From: Octopus bimaculoides
Lineage: Eukaryota
DNA length: 64,000 nt
Reading direction: 5' to 3'
Assembly (NCBI RefSeq): GCF_001194135.2
Contig: NC_068997.1
Span: 21,072,312 to 21,136,311, forward strand
The position numbers were made by a program, and so were the translations under genes. The notes beneath the pieces were generated by a model. It was not told where the DNA came from, did not search any database, and worked only from the letters and a program-made list of their open reading frames with translations. Position 1 is the first letter of the stretch. Each line of letters opens with the position of its first letter. This document shows positions 24,875-38,809 of this stretch, one piece after another.

Positions 24875-25396
24875 CATGCATATATATATATATGTATATG
24901 TATGTATGTATACGTTCTGAAGTATTTTACCGCCATTTTTATATTATCTTTAATTGTTTTCTTAAATTAATATTGCTTCTCAATGCTTTCCTAGTAATTC
25001 TTTAACTATTACATATATATTTATAATTAGTTATAATTACTATAAATTAAACAGTATGACAGTCAAAAATGACTTCTGTTCTTATTTATCAGAATATTTG
25101 TATACAATTGTGATAATGGCAATTATAATTTTCGTTCAGAACGGAATTACATTATTGCACTATTGCAAATATGACAGTTATAAGCTCCAGAGTCTGAAGA
25201 ATTACTCTGCTATAACCGAACACCATTTCGTCATCGCCATATTTCACACATGAATAGATTTGATAAATCTGATCGGTGACATGAATGTCGATAACAAATG
25301 TACAAGGATGCTTAACAATAATATATACCACATAATATGAGTACTAGAAGGAAGTGCTTACTGTAGCATGCCCTCCCTAACGTCCGTCATGCTTTT

Positions 25397-25480
<84 letters not shown>

Positions 25481-25821
25481 ATGTGTGTGTGTGTCAGGGG
25501 ATGACATTATAATCGCAATGATTATGATAGTTTTGTTTGTATCTTCGTATAATAAGTGCGTGCGGAAGTGGTGGTGGCATGGCAGAGAAGTGATCTAAAT
25601 GCCTTGTGGTACTCACTTACCTCTTTTAAAGTACTGAGTTCAATCCCCGCCGAAGTTTCGCTTTTTTTTATTATATTCTCATACATAGGTGCATACGTAC
25701 GTACGTCTACCAGGCTGTATGTATATATGTATATATATATATATATAACTTGACATTAAATTGTAGAATTAATACTTTTTAGTAGAGTACATATTTATTA
25801 AAATTTTACAAGAAGATAGGT

Positions 25822-25866
25822 GACAGTAACTTCAGAGTTTCGGCCTGCTAGCCCACTACAGACAAT
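25822..25866 (-). ncRNA. Decayed hammerhead-like motif (HHR4), probably inactive
   Basis: Minus strand reads CTGTAGT-G-GGC(TAGCAG)GCC-GAAA-CT(CTGA)AG-TT. Stems II and III and GAAAC are intact, but the core has A6>U and A9>U and stem I is poor. Confidence 0.4.
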
Positions 25867-26894
25867 ACTACTCTTTGGTTCCTTTTGATTTTATATAGAC
25901 TTTGTTAAGATGTTTTCTGGAAGTAGTTGGAGCTATGCGAAATAATAATTAGGCATCGTGTATATAGGTATATCTACACACATTCATACATGTGTATTGA
26001 ACGCTTACAGGTATTGAGACTTACATTCAGGACATTAAGTTTCTGTCCTACAATTCGATTATCATTGCACGCCATCACGTCTTGCAAGACCAGTGCACGT
26101 GGCACCATTGATTACAAATATATGAAAACAAATATATATTTTCTATCTATCTCTGTCTCTCTCTCTTTATATATATATATATATACAAGTCATTTATTTG
26201 AATATATATATATATTATATATGAATGTACGTGTATGTGTAAATGTTTAAAATATATATATAAAGAATATAAAAATAAAAGAAAAATATTCTGAATTTTT
26301 ATAAATATACACATATATAATGGCTGACTTGTCGATATCTGCCCATTGCCAGATTTCAAGTATGTTACCATTGTACCATTATCAGAAATAATAACTACAT
26401 AGTTCATATTCATTGAAATGTATATTTTTTCCCCTCATTTAACATGTGGGGATTACTTCTCAGTGTCTCTGGAAATTAATGCATATTGGTTTTTCCAGTT
26501 TTCTTCACCGAGTATATATGACAAAATTTGAAAATTTTCTAGTTGGAGAATTGTTACGCTCATGATATTTTTAAAAGAAGTGGTTACTAAATGAAATTAA
26601 TTATAATTTTAAAATGCTATGAGTTAACTTCCCTTGAATAACGCCTACTTACGCAGAGAATATAGAGACGTAACAGATGTGGTGATAATCACTACGGATT
26701 AGTTTCTTTTGATGCTTTGATGTCAAAGGTCCAAGCAACCAGTATTATAAGAAGAGCGATGAAAGCCACTACAATGTTGGTGAAAGAGAATATGTTAGGG
26801 TCATTAAACTTATTGTTCTATATTTTTTTCAACATTGCAGTGACTTCTCTTACTCAGCTTTGCTTATATTTTCATTAACATTTATAGTATTTTT

Positions 26895-27240
26895 TTCTAG
26901 TATAGGCACAAGGCCCGGAATTTGGAGGATAAGAAGGGATTAGTCAATTAAATCGACCTCTTAGCTTGACTGGTACTTTATTTTGTCGACATCGGAACGA
27001 TGAAAGCCGAAATTTGTAATATTTGCTTCTAATTTAGGAACAAAGCCATCAGTTTGGAGAAGAAAACGTTAGTTGTTATCACCGCTCTACTTTCTTAAGT
27101 ATTACTTTATTTTATGGGGCCCGATATAGTGAGAGGCGTTCATGATTTAGGTAAAAGACCAGCAGTTTTCAGATAGGTTGTCAGTCGATAATATCGACCT
27201 CAGTACTTTACTGGTACTTTATTTCCTCGGACCGAGTTTG
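26895..27240 (-). mobile_element. Cluster of about three old SINE A 3' fragments
   Basis: Repeated GGCACAAGGCC..ATCGAC..CTGGTACTTTATTTT segments in reverse orientation. Confidence 0.6.
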
Positions 27241-27620
27241 TGTGACGTTTTGAAAACTCACTGTTGTTTGTAGAGGCATATGACAGTCAATGGACCATTT
27301 CTCCTTGCGGCAAATAGATACTAAAGGGGATAAAGTTCGCAGATAAAGACGAATAGCTTATTAATGGCTAATTGTAAGTTCCAATAGAACTGGATATACA
27401 AAGGAATTGATGGTTATCAGCTGCAGTAGCATTATCCAAATCACATCAAATGTAAAAGTAATGAAAAGATGGCGTCTTGACGGCCAAGAATCGAAGTTAC
27501 GGAAACTATTAGAAAAAAAAAACAAGGTAATAAAAATGGGAATGAATGGATGAGAAATTTGGGTGATAGGATTATATAGAGAATAAGTTTATTCTATGAT
27601 TATCGTTGCTATCATTATCT

Positions 27621-27847
27621 GAGATAAGCTGGTAGAATCAAATGCAAATTGGACAAAATGCTTATCAGTAATTATTTGGGATCATATTCTGAGTTTAAAA
27701 TTCCTACTGACGTAGACTTTCCCTTTAATCTTTTGGGGGTCGATAAAATAAGTATCAGTTTACTCATGGCGGGTGAGTCGATGTAATCAACTTAACCCCT
27801 TCCCTTCAAAATTTCTGGCCTGGTGCCAAAATTAGAAAGAATCATGA
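27621..27847 (+). mobile_element. SINE family A, diverged
   Basis: AAGCTGGTAGAATC..CTGAGTTTAAAATTCC..GGGGGTCGATAAAATAAGTATCAG..GTGCCAAAATTAGAAAG. Confidence 0.75.
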
Positions 27848-28964
27848 CTTGATTTGCTCTGCACAGTATTGCTTGGGCAGACCTGATGAATCATCGAGGT
27901 AAATGATCAAAGGGAGCAGTCAGTTGGTTGTGCTAACTGGGACCCTCCTGTCGTTATTTTTTGCAGTACAGCTGTCCTAATATTTAGCACTTATAACATG
28001 TGGTTTCCTCTTCAATGACAGTAAGCAATATGTTTTGAAGGATATTTTTGAGGCGGCTACATTAAAAGCAGGTCAGGCGACTGAATAAAAAAAGAACAAC
28101 AACAACAACAAAAAAGACACCCTCCCCATTTAGTTGCAACCATTGCTATTTCTATATTTACCGTCTCTGTTATGTTGTTTTCCAATCCTTTGAACTGAAT
28201 GATGAATTAATGAAATACAGTCTGTATGTTGGTTATGAACAATAGATTTTTTCCAAATATGAACTCATGCAGAATAAACTGTTGTAAGGGAAAATAATGG
28301 TGTATAGTATAGTATGATTTAGGGTAATGCGCTAAAATTATCACAACTTGCTCTGGTTTGTTGGTCGTCTCACTGAACAGTCAGCCAATTGATATCTGGT
28401 GATATCAATGTTAATTCAATAAGCGACTACAATCTCACATGATATGAAAGACTAACCATTTTATAAAGCTGTAAAACATATCAACATGTGATAAATTGTG
28501 TATAAAGATAAAATTCAATAAATATCACCTCCCTTTACTTCTATTCGATTTTTCATAATTCTTTGAATTCGAACGTTCACAGTACCAAGTTCAAGGTTAT
28601 TTTGCATTCTATTTTACGATTTTTCAAAGATTCGATATCCATAAAAAAAATAGATACTTGAATGAAAAAGAAAATAATAATAATAATAATAATAATATAA
28701 AAGGATATTGAGAGAAAACTAAATATGGTTTTATATATGACAACACAGTTTTATATATTTCATATGATTTTTTTCTCTCTCTCTTGCTAAGAGTTAAATT
28801 TTCCAATAAACAAAATTTTAATCTTTGTCAATCTCAGCCTGGAATCGGCCAACAGTCGCTTCGTTTGGAAAATGTATGAATATTATAACCTCTAATTATC
28901 TCGTGTGGCAGCCCGTTGTTGGTGTGGTGGTGGTGTGTGTGTGTGTATTGTGTATCGTGTGTGT

Positions 28965-29170
28965 GTGTCTTTCGGTTTGTCCACACTAACGCTTGACAAC
29001 CGGTGTTGGTTTGTTTTCCATTCCCGTAACTTAGCGATTCGAAAAAAGAGATTGGTAGAATAAATAGCAGACATAAAAATAAGTACTCGGATCGATTTGT
29101 TCGACTAAAACCTTCAAGACGGTGCCCCAGAATACCTACAGTCCAATGACTGAAACGAGTAAAAGATAAA
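28965..29170 (+). mobile_element. SINE family B, 3' half
   Basis: CGCTTGACAACCGGTGTTGG..GATCGATTTGTTCGACTAAA..CAATGACTGAAACGAGTAAAAG, homologous to the reverse complement of 56987-57190. Confidence 0.8.
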
Positions 29171-29172
29171 TG

Positions 29173-29220
<48 letters not shown>

Positions 29221-29221
29221 G

Positions 29222-29260
<39 letters not shown>

Positions 29261-29424
29261 GGATGTGCATGTATTTCGGATGTGCATGTGCGCGTCTCTA
29301 TGCAGACCTGCGTACATGGTTATGTGAGCATGTGTTTGTGTGTGTGTGGCTGTGTCTGTGTGTGTGTGTCTGTCTGTATGTATGTATGTATGTCTATCTG
29401 TCTGTCTGTACACGCTTGTGCGTA

Positions 29425-29496
<72 letters not shown>

Positions 29497-30190
29497 NNNN
29501 NNNNNNNNNNNNNNNNNNNNNNNNNNNNNNNNNNNNNNNNNNNNNNNNNNNNNNNNNNNNNNNNNNNNNNNNNNNNNNNNNNNNNNNNNNNNNNNNNNNN
29601 NNNNNNNNNNNNNNNNNNNNNNNNNNNNNNNNNNNNNNNNNNNNNNNNNNNNNNNNNNNNNNNNNNNNNNNNNNNNNNNNNNNNNNNNNNNNNNNNNNNN
29701 NNNNNNNNNNNNNNNNNNNNNNNNNNNNNNNNNNNNNNNNNNNNNNNNNNNNNNNNNNNNNNNNNNNNNNNNNNNNNNNNNNNNNNNNNNNNNNNNNNNN
29801 NNNNNNNNNNNNNNNNNNNNNNNNNNNNNNNNNNNNNNNNNNNNNNNNNNNNNNNNNNNNNNNNNNNNNNNNNNNNNNNNNNNNNNNNNNNNNNNNNNNN
29901 NNNNNNNNNNNNNNNNNNNNNNNNNNNNNNNNNNNNNNNNNNNNNNNNNNNNNNNNNNNNNNNNNNNNNNNNNNNNNNNNNNNNNNNNNNNNNNNNNNNN
30001 NNNNNNNNNNNNNNNNNNNNNNNNNNNNNNNNNNNNNNNNNNNNNNNNNNNNNNNNNNNNNNNNNNNNNNNNNNNNNNNNNNNNNNNNNNNNNNNNNNNN
30101 NNNNNNNNNNNNNNNNNNNNNNNNNNNNNNNNNNNNNNNNNNNNNNNNNNNNNNNNNNNNNNNNNNNNNNNNNNNNNNNNNNNNNNNNNN

Positions 30191-30940
<750 letters not shown>

Positions 30941-31060
30941 GTTTACTATGAAGGTCGTTCTGTTTTTTGGATTTTTTTTTTCTTTTTCTGCGCTAATCAA
31001 ACCAGGTTTTCGTCAGAAAGTCATAAGACAGAAGAAACATAGCACTTACAGCGAGAGAGG

Positions 31061-31375
31061 CATACATACATACATACATGCATACATGCATACATACATG
31101 CATACATACATACATACATACATGCATACATACATACATACATACATACATACATGCATGCATACATACATACATACATACATACATACATACATACATA
31201 CATACATGCATACATACATGCATGCATACATACATACATACATACATACATACATACATACATACATGCATACATGCATACATACATGCATGCATACATA
31301 CATACATACATACATACATACATACATGCATACATACATACATACATACATACATACATCCATGCATACATGCAT
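31061..31375. repeat. (CATA)n microsatellite with CATG variants
   Basis: About 315 bp; source of the MYVC/HTYI pseudo-ORFs. Confidence 0.95.
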
Positions 31376-31649
31376 AATAACATGTTATTGTCATATAACA
31401 TGCGTAATAACGCTTCTCGTTCTGTCATTTGTTATCATCTTTAAAACACTAGCGATGTGTTCTATTCTTGAAGATATTAAAGATGAGTAGTGCAAAATGG
31501 TAGAACTTTACGCTTGCTAATTCAATATCTCACCGTTCTATTAACACGAAAAAAAAAAAATTAAAAAAAAGAAATATCAATTTCGACTGTCTATTTAAGT
31601 TTTTGCAGGTCGATAAGAGTTGAACTAATTAGACATAATCTGTATATTT

Positions 31650-32040
31650 TTTAAGGCAGCCTTATATGCAACCGAATTATTGGCAAAATCGTGAAAGCAT
31701 CGGACAAAATTCTCGCAGGCTTTTTTTCTGACTCGCTATGTCCTGAGTTCAAATCCTGACGTGGTTAACCTTGCCGTTCATCCTTTCTGAATCCGGAAAA
31801 ATGCCAGTCAAGTACTGGGGTCGATGTAATCAACTGGTTCCTTCCCCTCAATGTTGCTAGACTTATTCTTAAATAAGAAACGATTATTATTATAGTAAGG
31901 CTGGTGGGTTGGTAGAATAGCAAGCGCGTCGAACAAATGCTTTGCAGTATTTCGTTGAAGTTCTTTATTTTCTGAACTTAAATTCCCTGAAGTTCAACAT
32001 TGCTTTCCGTCTCTCCGGATTCGACAAAATAATTTCTAGT
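31650..32040 (+). mobile_element. Two tandem diverged SINE A copies
   Basis: B-box-like CTGAGTTCAAATCC at about 31743, the GGGGTCGATGTAATC core, and a second head at about 31897 after an ATT run. Confidence 0.7.
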
Positions 32041-33754
32041 CATCTACCTATCTTTTATCTTTCGCAGCACAACACATTTTTTTTTCTTTTGTGTATGTTT
32101 AGTTTTTGTACGTCCCTTCTTCCCAAAATTACAAATTCCTAGTTCAGTGAAGGAGATAGTTATACTAGGACGTTGAAATAATGCTTCTTAGCAAGTAATG
32201 GCACATTGTCATACACCCACCCACACATCACGTGGATAGAAAAATAGCGATGGATTACCCTTGTCCAATGCAGAACGCTTGACATATGTACAGCGGGTGT
32301 GGCTACCTTCGACTTTTTCTATGCAAAAGGGTTTTTTCAACCCAATATTTACATGCTATTATTTATTTGTAGCTTTATACGTACGCAAATGCAAATATAC
32401 ATATGCATATATTTATATATACAGTTAGATAGATAAATAGATAGATACATACAAATATACATACGTTCACACATATATAGACACACACACATACATACAT
32501 ACATACATACATACATACACTTAAAAACTCGACAAGAAGCACATCAGTTCACATATTTTATTCATATGAAAAGAGGAGCTATTACTACTCTGAGTAGATC
32601 TTTATTTATCTCAGTCTCTGTTCCATCAACAATATCCTGAAATTGGACTTCGTATCATCGTATAATATCCGTCTATAGAGAGATTCCGTCCCTCACCGGG
32701 CCGAGTCGTTATGCGATTATAATTACCCTCCATATTGGTTTCCATTAAATATACATCTACCGGAAGTGACATCAGCATTGAAAATTCGGAACAGCCAACA
32801 TAATGTATTACAAACCCACAGTACAATTTATTATCACCACTTACGGAAATAATAACTTTAATACTCGAAAAGTATTTCGTAAGGAATTAAATAAAATGAA
32901 CGATAAACCCAAGAGATAAATATTTAATTCTTTAGTTTTATTGTTTTGTTGAAGAGGGGAAAGCCGTTTTGCTTTTGTTTTTGTTTTTTTGTTTTAAGTG
33001 ATGAGAGTTATAAATATTTGACAACATCCTCAGCGTTTCCAATAAACGCGCAAATTCAATATAAAGTTGATAATCTTCATAAAATGACTTTAATGATAAA
33101 TGTAACTCAATCATAAATGATTACTCGTCATAAGCGACACTCTTGTTCTTTTATTATTTTTATATTTTCATTGTTGATATTCTTATTATCTGGGGAATAT
33201 TTTTAACGCTTTATTTTTTCCTTGTAAATAACCGGTAACGAGAATTCGGTAAAAATCCCCAAAATCCCCAAAAAGAATAAATTTGATATCTGCGACTGTT
33301 TAACAATTACGAGAATTGATATAGAGTTAAGACCAGAGCATTTTTTGTTGGAATCGCTGTTGTTGTTTTTGTTATATCAAATACTATATAAAAATCTTTT
33401 CTATATTTTGTATTTCTGAAATATTCGTTCTTGAGTATATTCTCGAGTTATTTTTCGTTCTATTTTTCTTAAATAGCGACAACAAGGGAGAGGAAAAGAA
33501 AATCTGTAAATTGAAATTCTAATGTTTCTATCTATGCAGAAAATACATAAATGACGGGTGAAATACCTTTTGGTATTAATAATGTCCCGTTAAGTTTTGA
33601 GTTCAAATCGTGCCTAAGTTAAAATTTAAAACTTTGGTCCTTCTGAGATAGATGGTCAATCAAGCACTAGGATCTATACAATCGACACCGCCCCCTCCAA
33701 AAATTTGTGGCTTTACAGCCTATGATAGAGCTCAATGCATTCATCAACAGAAAA

Positions 33755-34040
33755 ACTATGGTAGAACGAACGTACTGACACAAGGTCCTTGTCAGTGACA
33801 TTGAAATCGAAACCTCACGCTTACAACCCTCGCCTTCTTAGCCACTTCATATTACAGTACATACCGCCGAGCTTCCATACACATTTTCCGTCTGCCCAAA
33901 GCTATTTACAAGGTTTAAAAATCAATAGGAAACTACTGTAGAAGGAGGAGCGTACTTACACAAGGTTCCTCTCAGCGGCATCGAAATCGAAACCCCATAC
34001 TTGCAACCCTCGACTTCTTAGCCACTCGACCATGACCGTG
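33755..34040 (-). mobile_element. Two tandem degenerate SINE B-like heads (about 180-bp period)
   Basis: ACACAAGGT..GAAATCGAAACC..CAACCCTCG.CTTCTTAGCCACT occurs twice. Confidence 0.6.
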
Positions 34041-34332
34041 TTCATACATACATCGAGGTCTATAGATAAACACATACGTAGGTTTGATGAATGAGAATAG
34101 TTTATAATTTAAGAGAGGATGAAAAGGCTACATCGTTATTTATGTTCGTATGTCTTTTCAAAATTAATCCCGTCTAATCTAAGTTAAGACTCCATTGTTG
34201 AAATACGGCCGTTATAAATGACGATCTAGAACCATCATTTTGTCATAATTCCACATCTAAGCAAACGTTTTCTCAAATATACACTTACTTAGGTATGTGT
34301 ATGTGCGTATGTATGCGTATATATATATATAC

Positions 34333-34377
<45 letters not shown>

Positions 34378-35102
34378 NNNNNNNNNNNNNNNNNNNNNNN
34401 NNNNNNNNNNNNNNNNNNNNNNNNNNNNNNNNNNNNNNNNNNNNNNNNNNNNNNNNNNNNNNNNNNNNNNNNNNNNNNNNNNNNNNNNNNNNNNNNNNNN
34501 NNNNNNNNNNNNNNNNNNNNNNNNNNNNNNNNNNNNNNNNNNNNNNNNNNNNNNNNNNNNNNNNNNNNNNNNNNNNNNNNNNNNNNNNNNNNNNNNNNNN
34601 NNNNNNNNNNNNNNNNNNNNNNNNNNNNNNNNNNNNNNNNNNNNNNNNNNNNNNNNNNNNNNNNNNNNNNNNNNNNNNNNNNNNNNNNNNNNNNNNNNNN
34701 NNNNNNNNNNNNNNNNNNNNNNNNNNNNNNNNNNNNNNNNNNNNNNNNNNNNNNNNNNNNNNNNNNNNNNNNNNNNNNNNNNNNNNNNNNNNNNNNNNNN
34801 NNNNNNNNNNNNNNNNNNNNNNNNNNNNNNNNNNNNNNNNNNNNNNNNNNNNNNNNNNNNNNNNNNNNNNNNNNNNNNNNNNNNNNNNNNNNNNNNNNNN
34901 NNNNNNNNNNNNNNNNNNNNNNNNNNNNNNNNNNNNNNNNNNNNNNNNNNNNNNNNNNNNNNNNNNNNNNNNNNNNNNNNNNNNNNNNNNNNNNNNNNNN
35001 CATTTGTCCACTTATCTTATATGTATATGCATGTTTGTATATGTGTATATATATATATATACAAACACACGCACAGACACATACATACATGCATGCATAA
35101 AT

Positions 35103-35172
<70 letters not shown>

Positions 35173-35507
35173 TGTACATATATAATCATCGGGGCCGGAA
35201 ACTAGAGAGATGTGAGAGATGTGACCTGTTCTTCTTATATGTCTTTTATTAATAACACTGAGAGAGAGAGAGTTCGTAGCCTGTCCTCACTATCTCAGAT
35301 AAATGATAGATCAACAACTGTATGATAGATGATGCTACACTATGAATTATCTGTTATTTATTGTTCACACTTCAACATTTGTTTCTGGTAGTTACCAGAA
35401 CGCATACACATATACATAGTTGCGCAAACACACACATACACATACACACACCTATGTATGGGCTTGTGTGCGTGTCCGTAAGTATGGGTGTGTGTGTATC
35501 TGAATGC

Positions 35508-35548
<41 letters not shown>

Positions 35549-35575
35549 TACACACACATATATATAGTTATTTGA

Positions 35576-35632
<57 letters not shown>

Positions 35633-36063
35633 TATAGGTGTGTGCATGTACACACATATATATATAAATGTATGTATCTGTGTATATATATTATGAATAT
35701 ATGAATATATATATACATACATACATACATACATACATATATGTGTGTGTGTTTACACATGCATACATACATACAGACAGCTAGGCAGACAGGCAGACAG
35801 ACAGACATACAGACATATATTTTCGTTCCATTTACTCACTTTTGAAGAATGTGAAACCATTAACCTTAGCTCAGTTTTACAGAACATGACAAGTGTGATT
35901 ATAAATGTATTTATGTTTTAAAAGTTTAAAAACATTATTAAGTAAAAAAAGAAAAAAAACACTGACCATAACCATCATCATAATCGTCGTCGTCGTCTTC
36001 ATCATCATCATTATTCTCGTCATTCCCATCATCAGCGTTGGTGTTAATACATTTTATGACTAT

Positions 36064-36562
36064 TAGGTTGACGAGATTGCAGAATCTTTAGAGCAGCGGA
36101 CAAATTTCTTGTGACTTTCTTTACATCTCTGAGTGACTTTCTTATGCAGCTCTGAGTGCAAACTCTGCTGAGCCCAACTTTGCCATTCAACCTTTCGGGG
36201 TTGGTAAAATAAATACCATTTGAGCACTGGTGATGATGTTATCGACTTGCACCCTTCCACCGAAGTTTCAGGCCGTGTGCCTATAGGTTTAATTCCAGAT
36301 ATTAATTTTGAGGGAAGAAATATTATATTACATATAATTTTTTTAAAACAGCAGTGTGCTGGGCAGAGTCGTTAGCTCGACAAAATACTTAGCGGCATTT
36401 CGTCCGTCATTACGTTCTGAGTTCAAATTTTACCGCTGTCGATTTTGCCATTTATCCTTTCAGAGTCGATTATACATGTACTTATTGAGAACTGTAACCG
36501 ATGTACTCGACTGCTCCTGGCCACAAAATTTCAGGCCTTGTGCCCATAGTAGAAAGGGTTGT
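36064..36562 (+). mobile_element. Two tandem diverged SINE A copies
   Basis: Heads at about 36064 and 36352; B-box GAGTTCAAATTT; CAGGCC(T/G)TGTGCC tails. Confidence 0.75.
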
Positions 36563-38713
36563 TAAATCAGCCCCTCATTTAAATGGACCGATCAGCATCT
36601 AACAAACCCTTCACGTTTTCGATAACGTTGTTTAGACAGCGTACTCTTATTTATTTGTTCATTTATTTAGTTAGTTATTTCTTTATTTGGTATCCCTTAG
36701 CTTCAAGGTTTGTTTTGCCATAAGCCATCCTGGACGGAGCAGATCAAGTATATAAAGATATATATATATACAAGGTGTTCCAGCTTTTATCTTTCTAATA
36801 TTGTTTTCAGACGTAATGTGCTATGTCTCAACGCTACTGCTATCTAGCACCTTCGGATGATCACTACTGAACCGCTACACAACTGCTACTCGACTGCTAC
36901 TCAACATTCTACCAAGGCCAGACTACCTCTATTTATATGTCTTGGGAGATCCTGGGGGCATCGACACAACATGATGTATCTAAGTCTTCATTGTCCAATG
37001 TTTCCTTCGTTTTATGTTGTTATTGATTTTTTTTTTTTTTAAGAAAAGAAAAAGATAACATCGTGGGAGTTAGAGAAGATTTGGATGACACTTCGAGCAA
37101 ATCGAGAATTTAGATACGTAGTTAATCTATTATTTGACACACTGAAAATGAAAAAAACATAACTAGGTACGCGCTCGAGAACCGTTGTATTTTTTTTGTT
37201 TTTGTTTTTTAGTTATATTTTTTTCGTCGTCTGGCTCAGTACCATACTGCGCTCACCGACATGATGCGACGATGGACCATAAGGGGTATGAAGTAGCAGA
37301 CATGACACCGTTCCCATTGTCTATTTGCTTTTGCCAAGAGAGCAAAAAAATGACAAGCCAGTTGGGGGTCGATGAGAANNNNNNNNNNNNNNNNNNNNNN
37401 NNNNNNNNNNNNNNNNNNNNNNNNNNNNNNNNNNNNNNNNNNNNNNNNNNNNNNNNNNNNNNNNNNNNNNNNNNNNNNNNNNNNNNNNNNNNNNNNNNNN
37501 NNNNNNNNNNNNNNNNNNNNNNNNNNNNNNNNNNNNNNNNNNNNNNNNNNNNNNNNNNNNNNNNNNNNNNNNNNNNNNNNNNNNNNNNNNNNNNNNNNNN
37601 NNNNNNNNNNNNNNNNNNNNNNNNNNNNNNNNNNNNNNNNNNNNNNNNNNNNNNNNNNNNNNNNNNNNNNNNNNNNNNNNNNNNNNNNNNNNNNNNNNNN
37701 NNNNNNNNNNNNNNNNNNNNNNNNNNNNNNNNNNNNNNNNNNNNNNNNNNNNNNNNNNNNNNNNNNNNNNNNNNNNNNNNNNNNNNNNNNNNNNNNNNNN
37801 NNNNNNNNNNNNNNNNNNNNNNNNNNNNNNNNNNNNNNNNNNNNNNNNNNNNNNNNNNNNNNNNNNNNNNNNNNNNNNNNNNNNNNNNNNNNNNNNNNNN
37901 NNNNNNNNNNNNNNNNNNNNNNNNNNNNNNNNNNNNNNNNNNNNNNNNNNNNNNNNNNNNNNNNNNNNNNNNNNNNNNNNNNNNNNNNNNNNNNNNNNNN
38001 NNNNNNNNNNNNNNNNNNNNNNNNNNNNNNNNNNNNNNNNNNNNNNNNNNNNNNNATATATATATATATATATATATATATATAACTATATAGCAATATG
38101 GCTATATAGCTATGAAGCTGACTTAGTCTATATAATGAAGTCATTAGGAAGAAACATTAATACTAAATGTCAGTAATTATGGATAGTAATGTATTACTAT
38201 ACATCGCTCTAAGATGTCTTTCTTTCATCCTTTTTCTGTTCTGATTAAGCACAGTTGACTCAACTTTCACTTTCTGTTTCGCAACCCTCTCATTCTATCG
38301 TAGTCACCGCTCTCACTCTGTCCGTCTGCTCTGTATCTGCCACCCCTCTCACTCTCAGTGTGTGTGTGTGTATCTGTCGGTGTGACACTCTTTTCTTCCA
38401 TTTCTCTCTTTGTTGTTTTTTTCGTCTTCTCATCTTTCAATCCTTCACATTCTCTGTAACATTCTCCCCTTCGGGGTCGATAAACATGAAATCCCCAGTA
38501 AGTAATGGAATAGATAGCATCGACTAAGTCTTTCTTGTGCCCAGAGCAGGAACTACTATTTAGATCCCGTCCTTATCGCGGCCTTCATCCCACCGGCAAA
38601 GTTTCAGATCTTCTCTTCATAGCATTACCATATTACATTTTTATAGATCATCATAGTAACCGAGAGCCATCTGTTAGTTCACAGTTCTAGACTTGCAATT
38701 ACTACAGTCGTTT

Positions 38714-38797
<84 letters not shown>

Positions 38798-38809
38798 GCT
38801 GCTAAGGTA

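Noticed and set aside
25056-25253. 65-aa ORF with a hydrophobic stretch resembling GPCR TM1
   Set aside because: No TM2 LAxxD motif or continuation; ORFs this long are common by chance here, and the antisense frame is equally open.
27883-27912. CTGATGA followed by an ATCAT/ATGAT stem
   Set aside because: Followed by CAAA rather than GAAA, with no stems I or III.
31000-31017. Minus-strand CTGACGA-AAACC/GGTTT
   Set aside because: Followed by GATT rather than GAAA.
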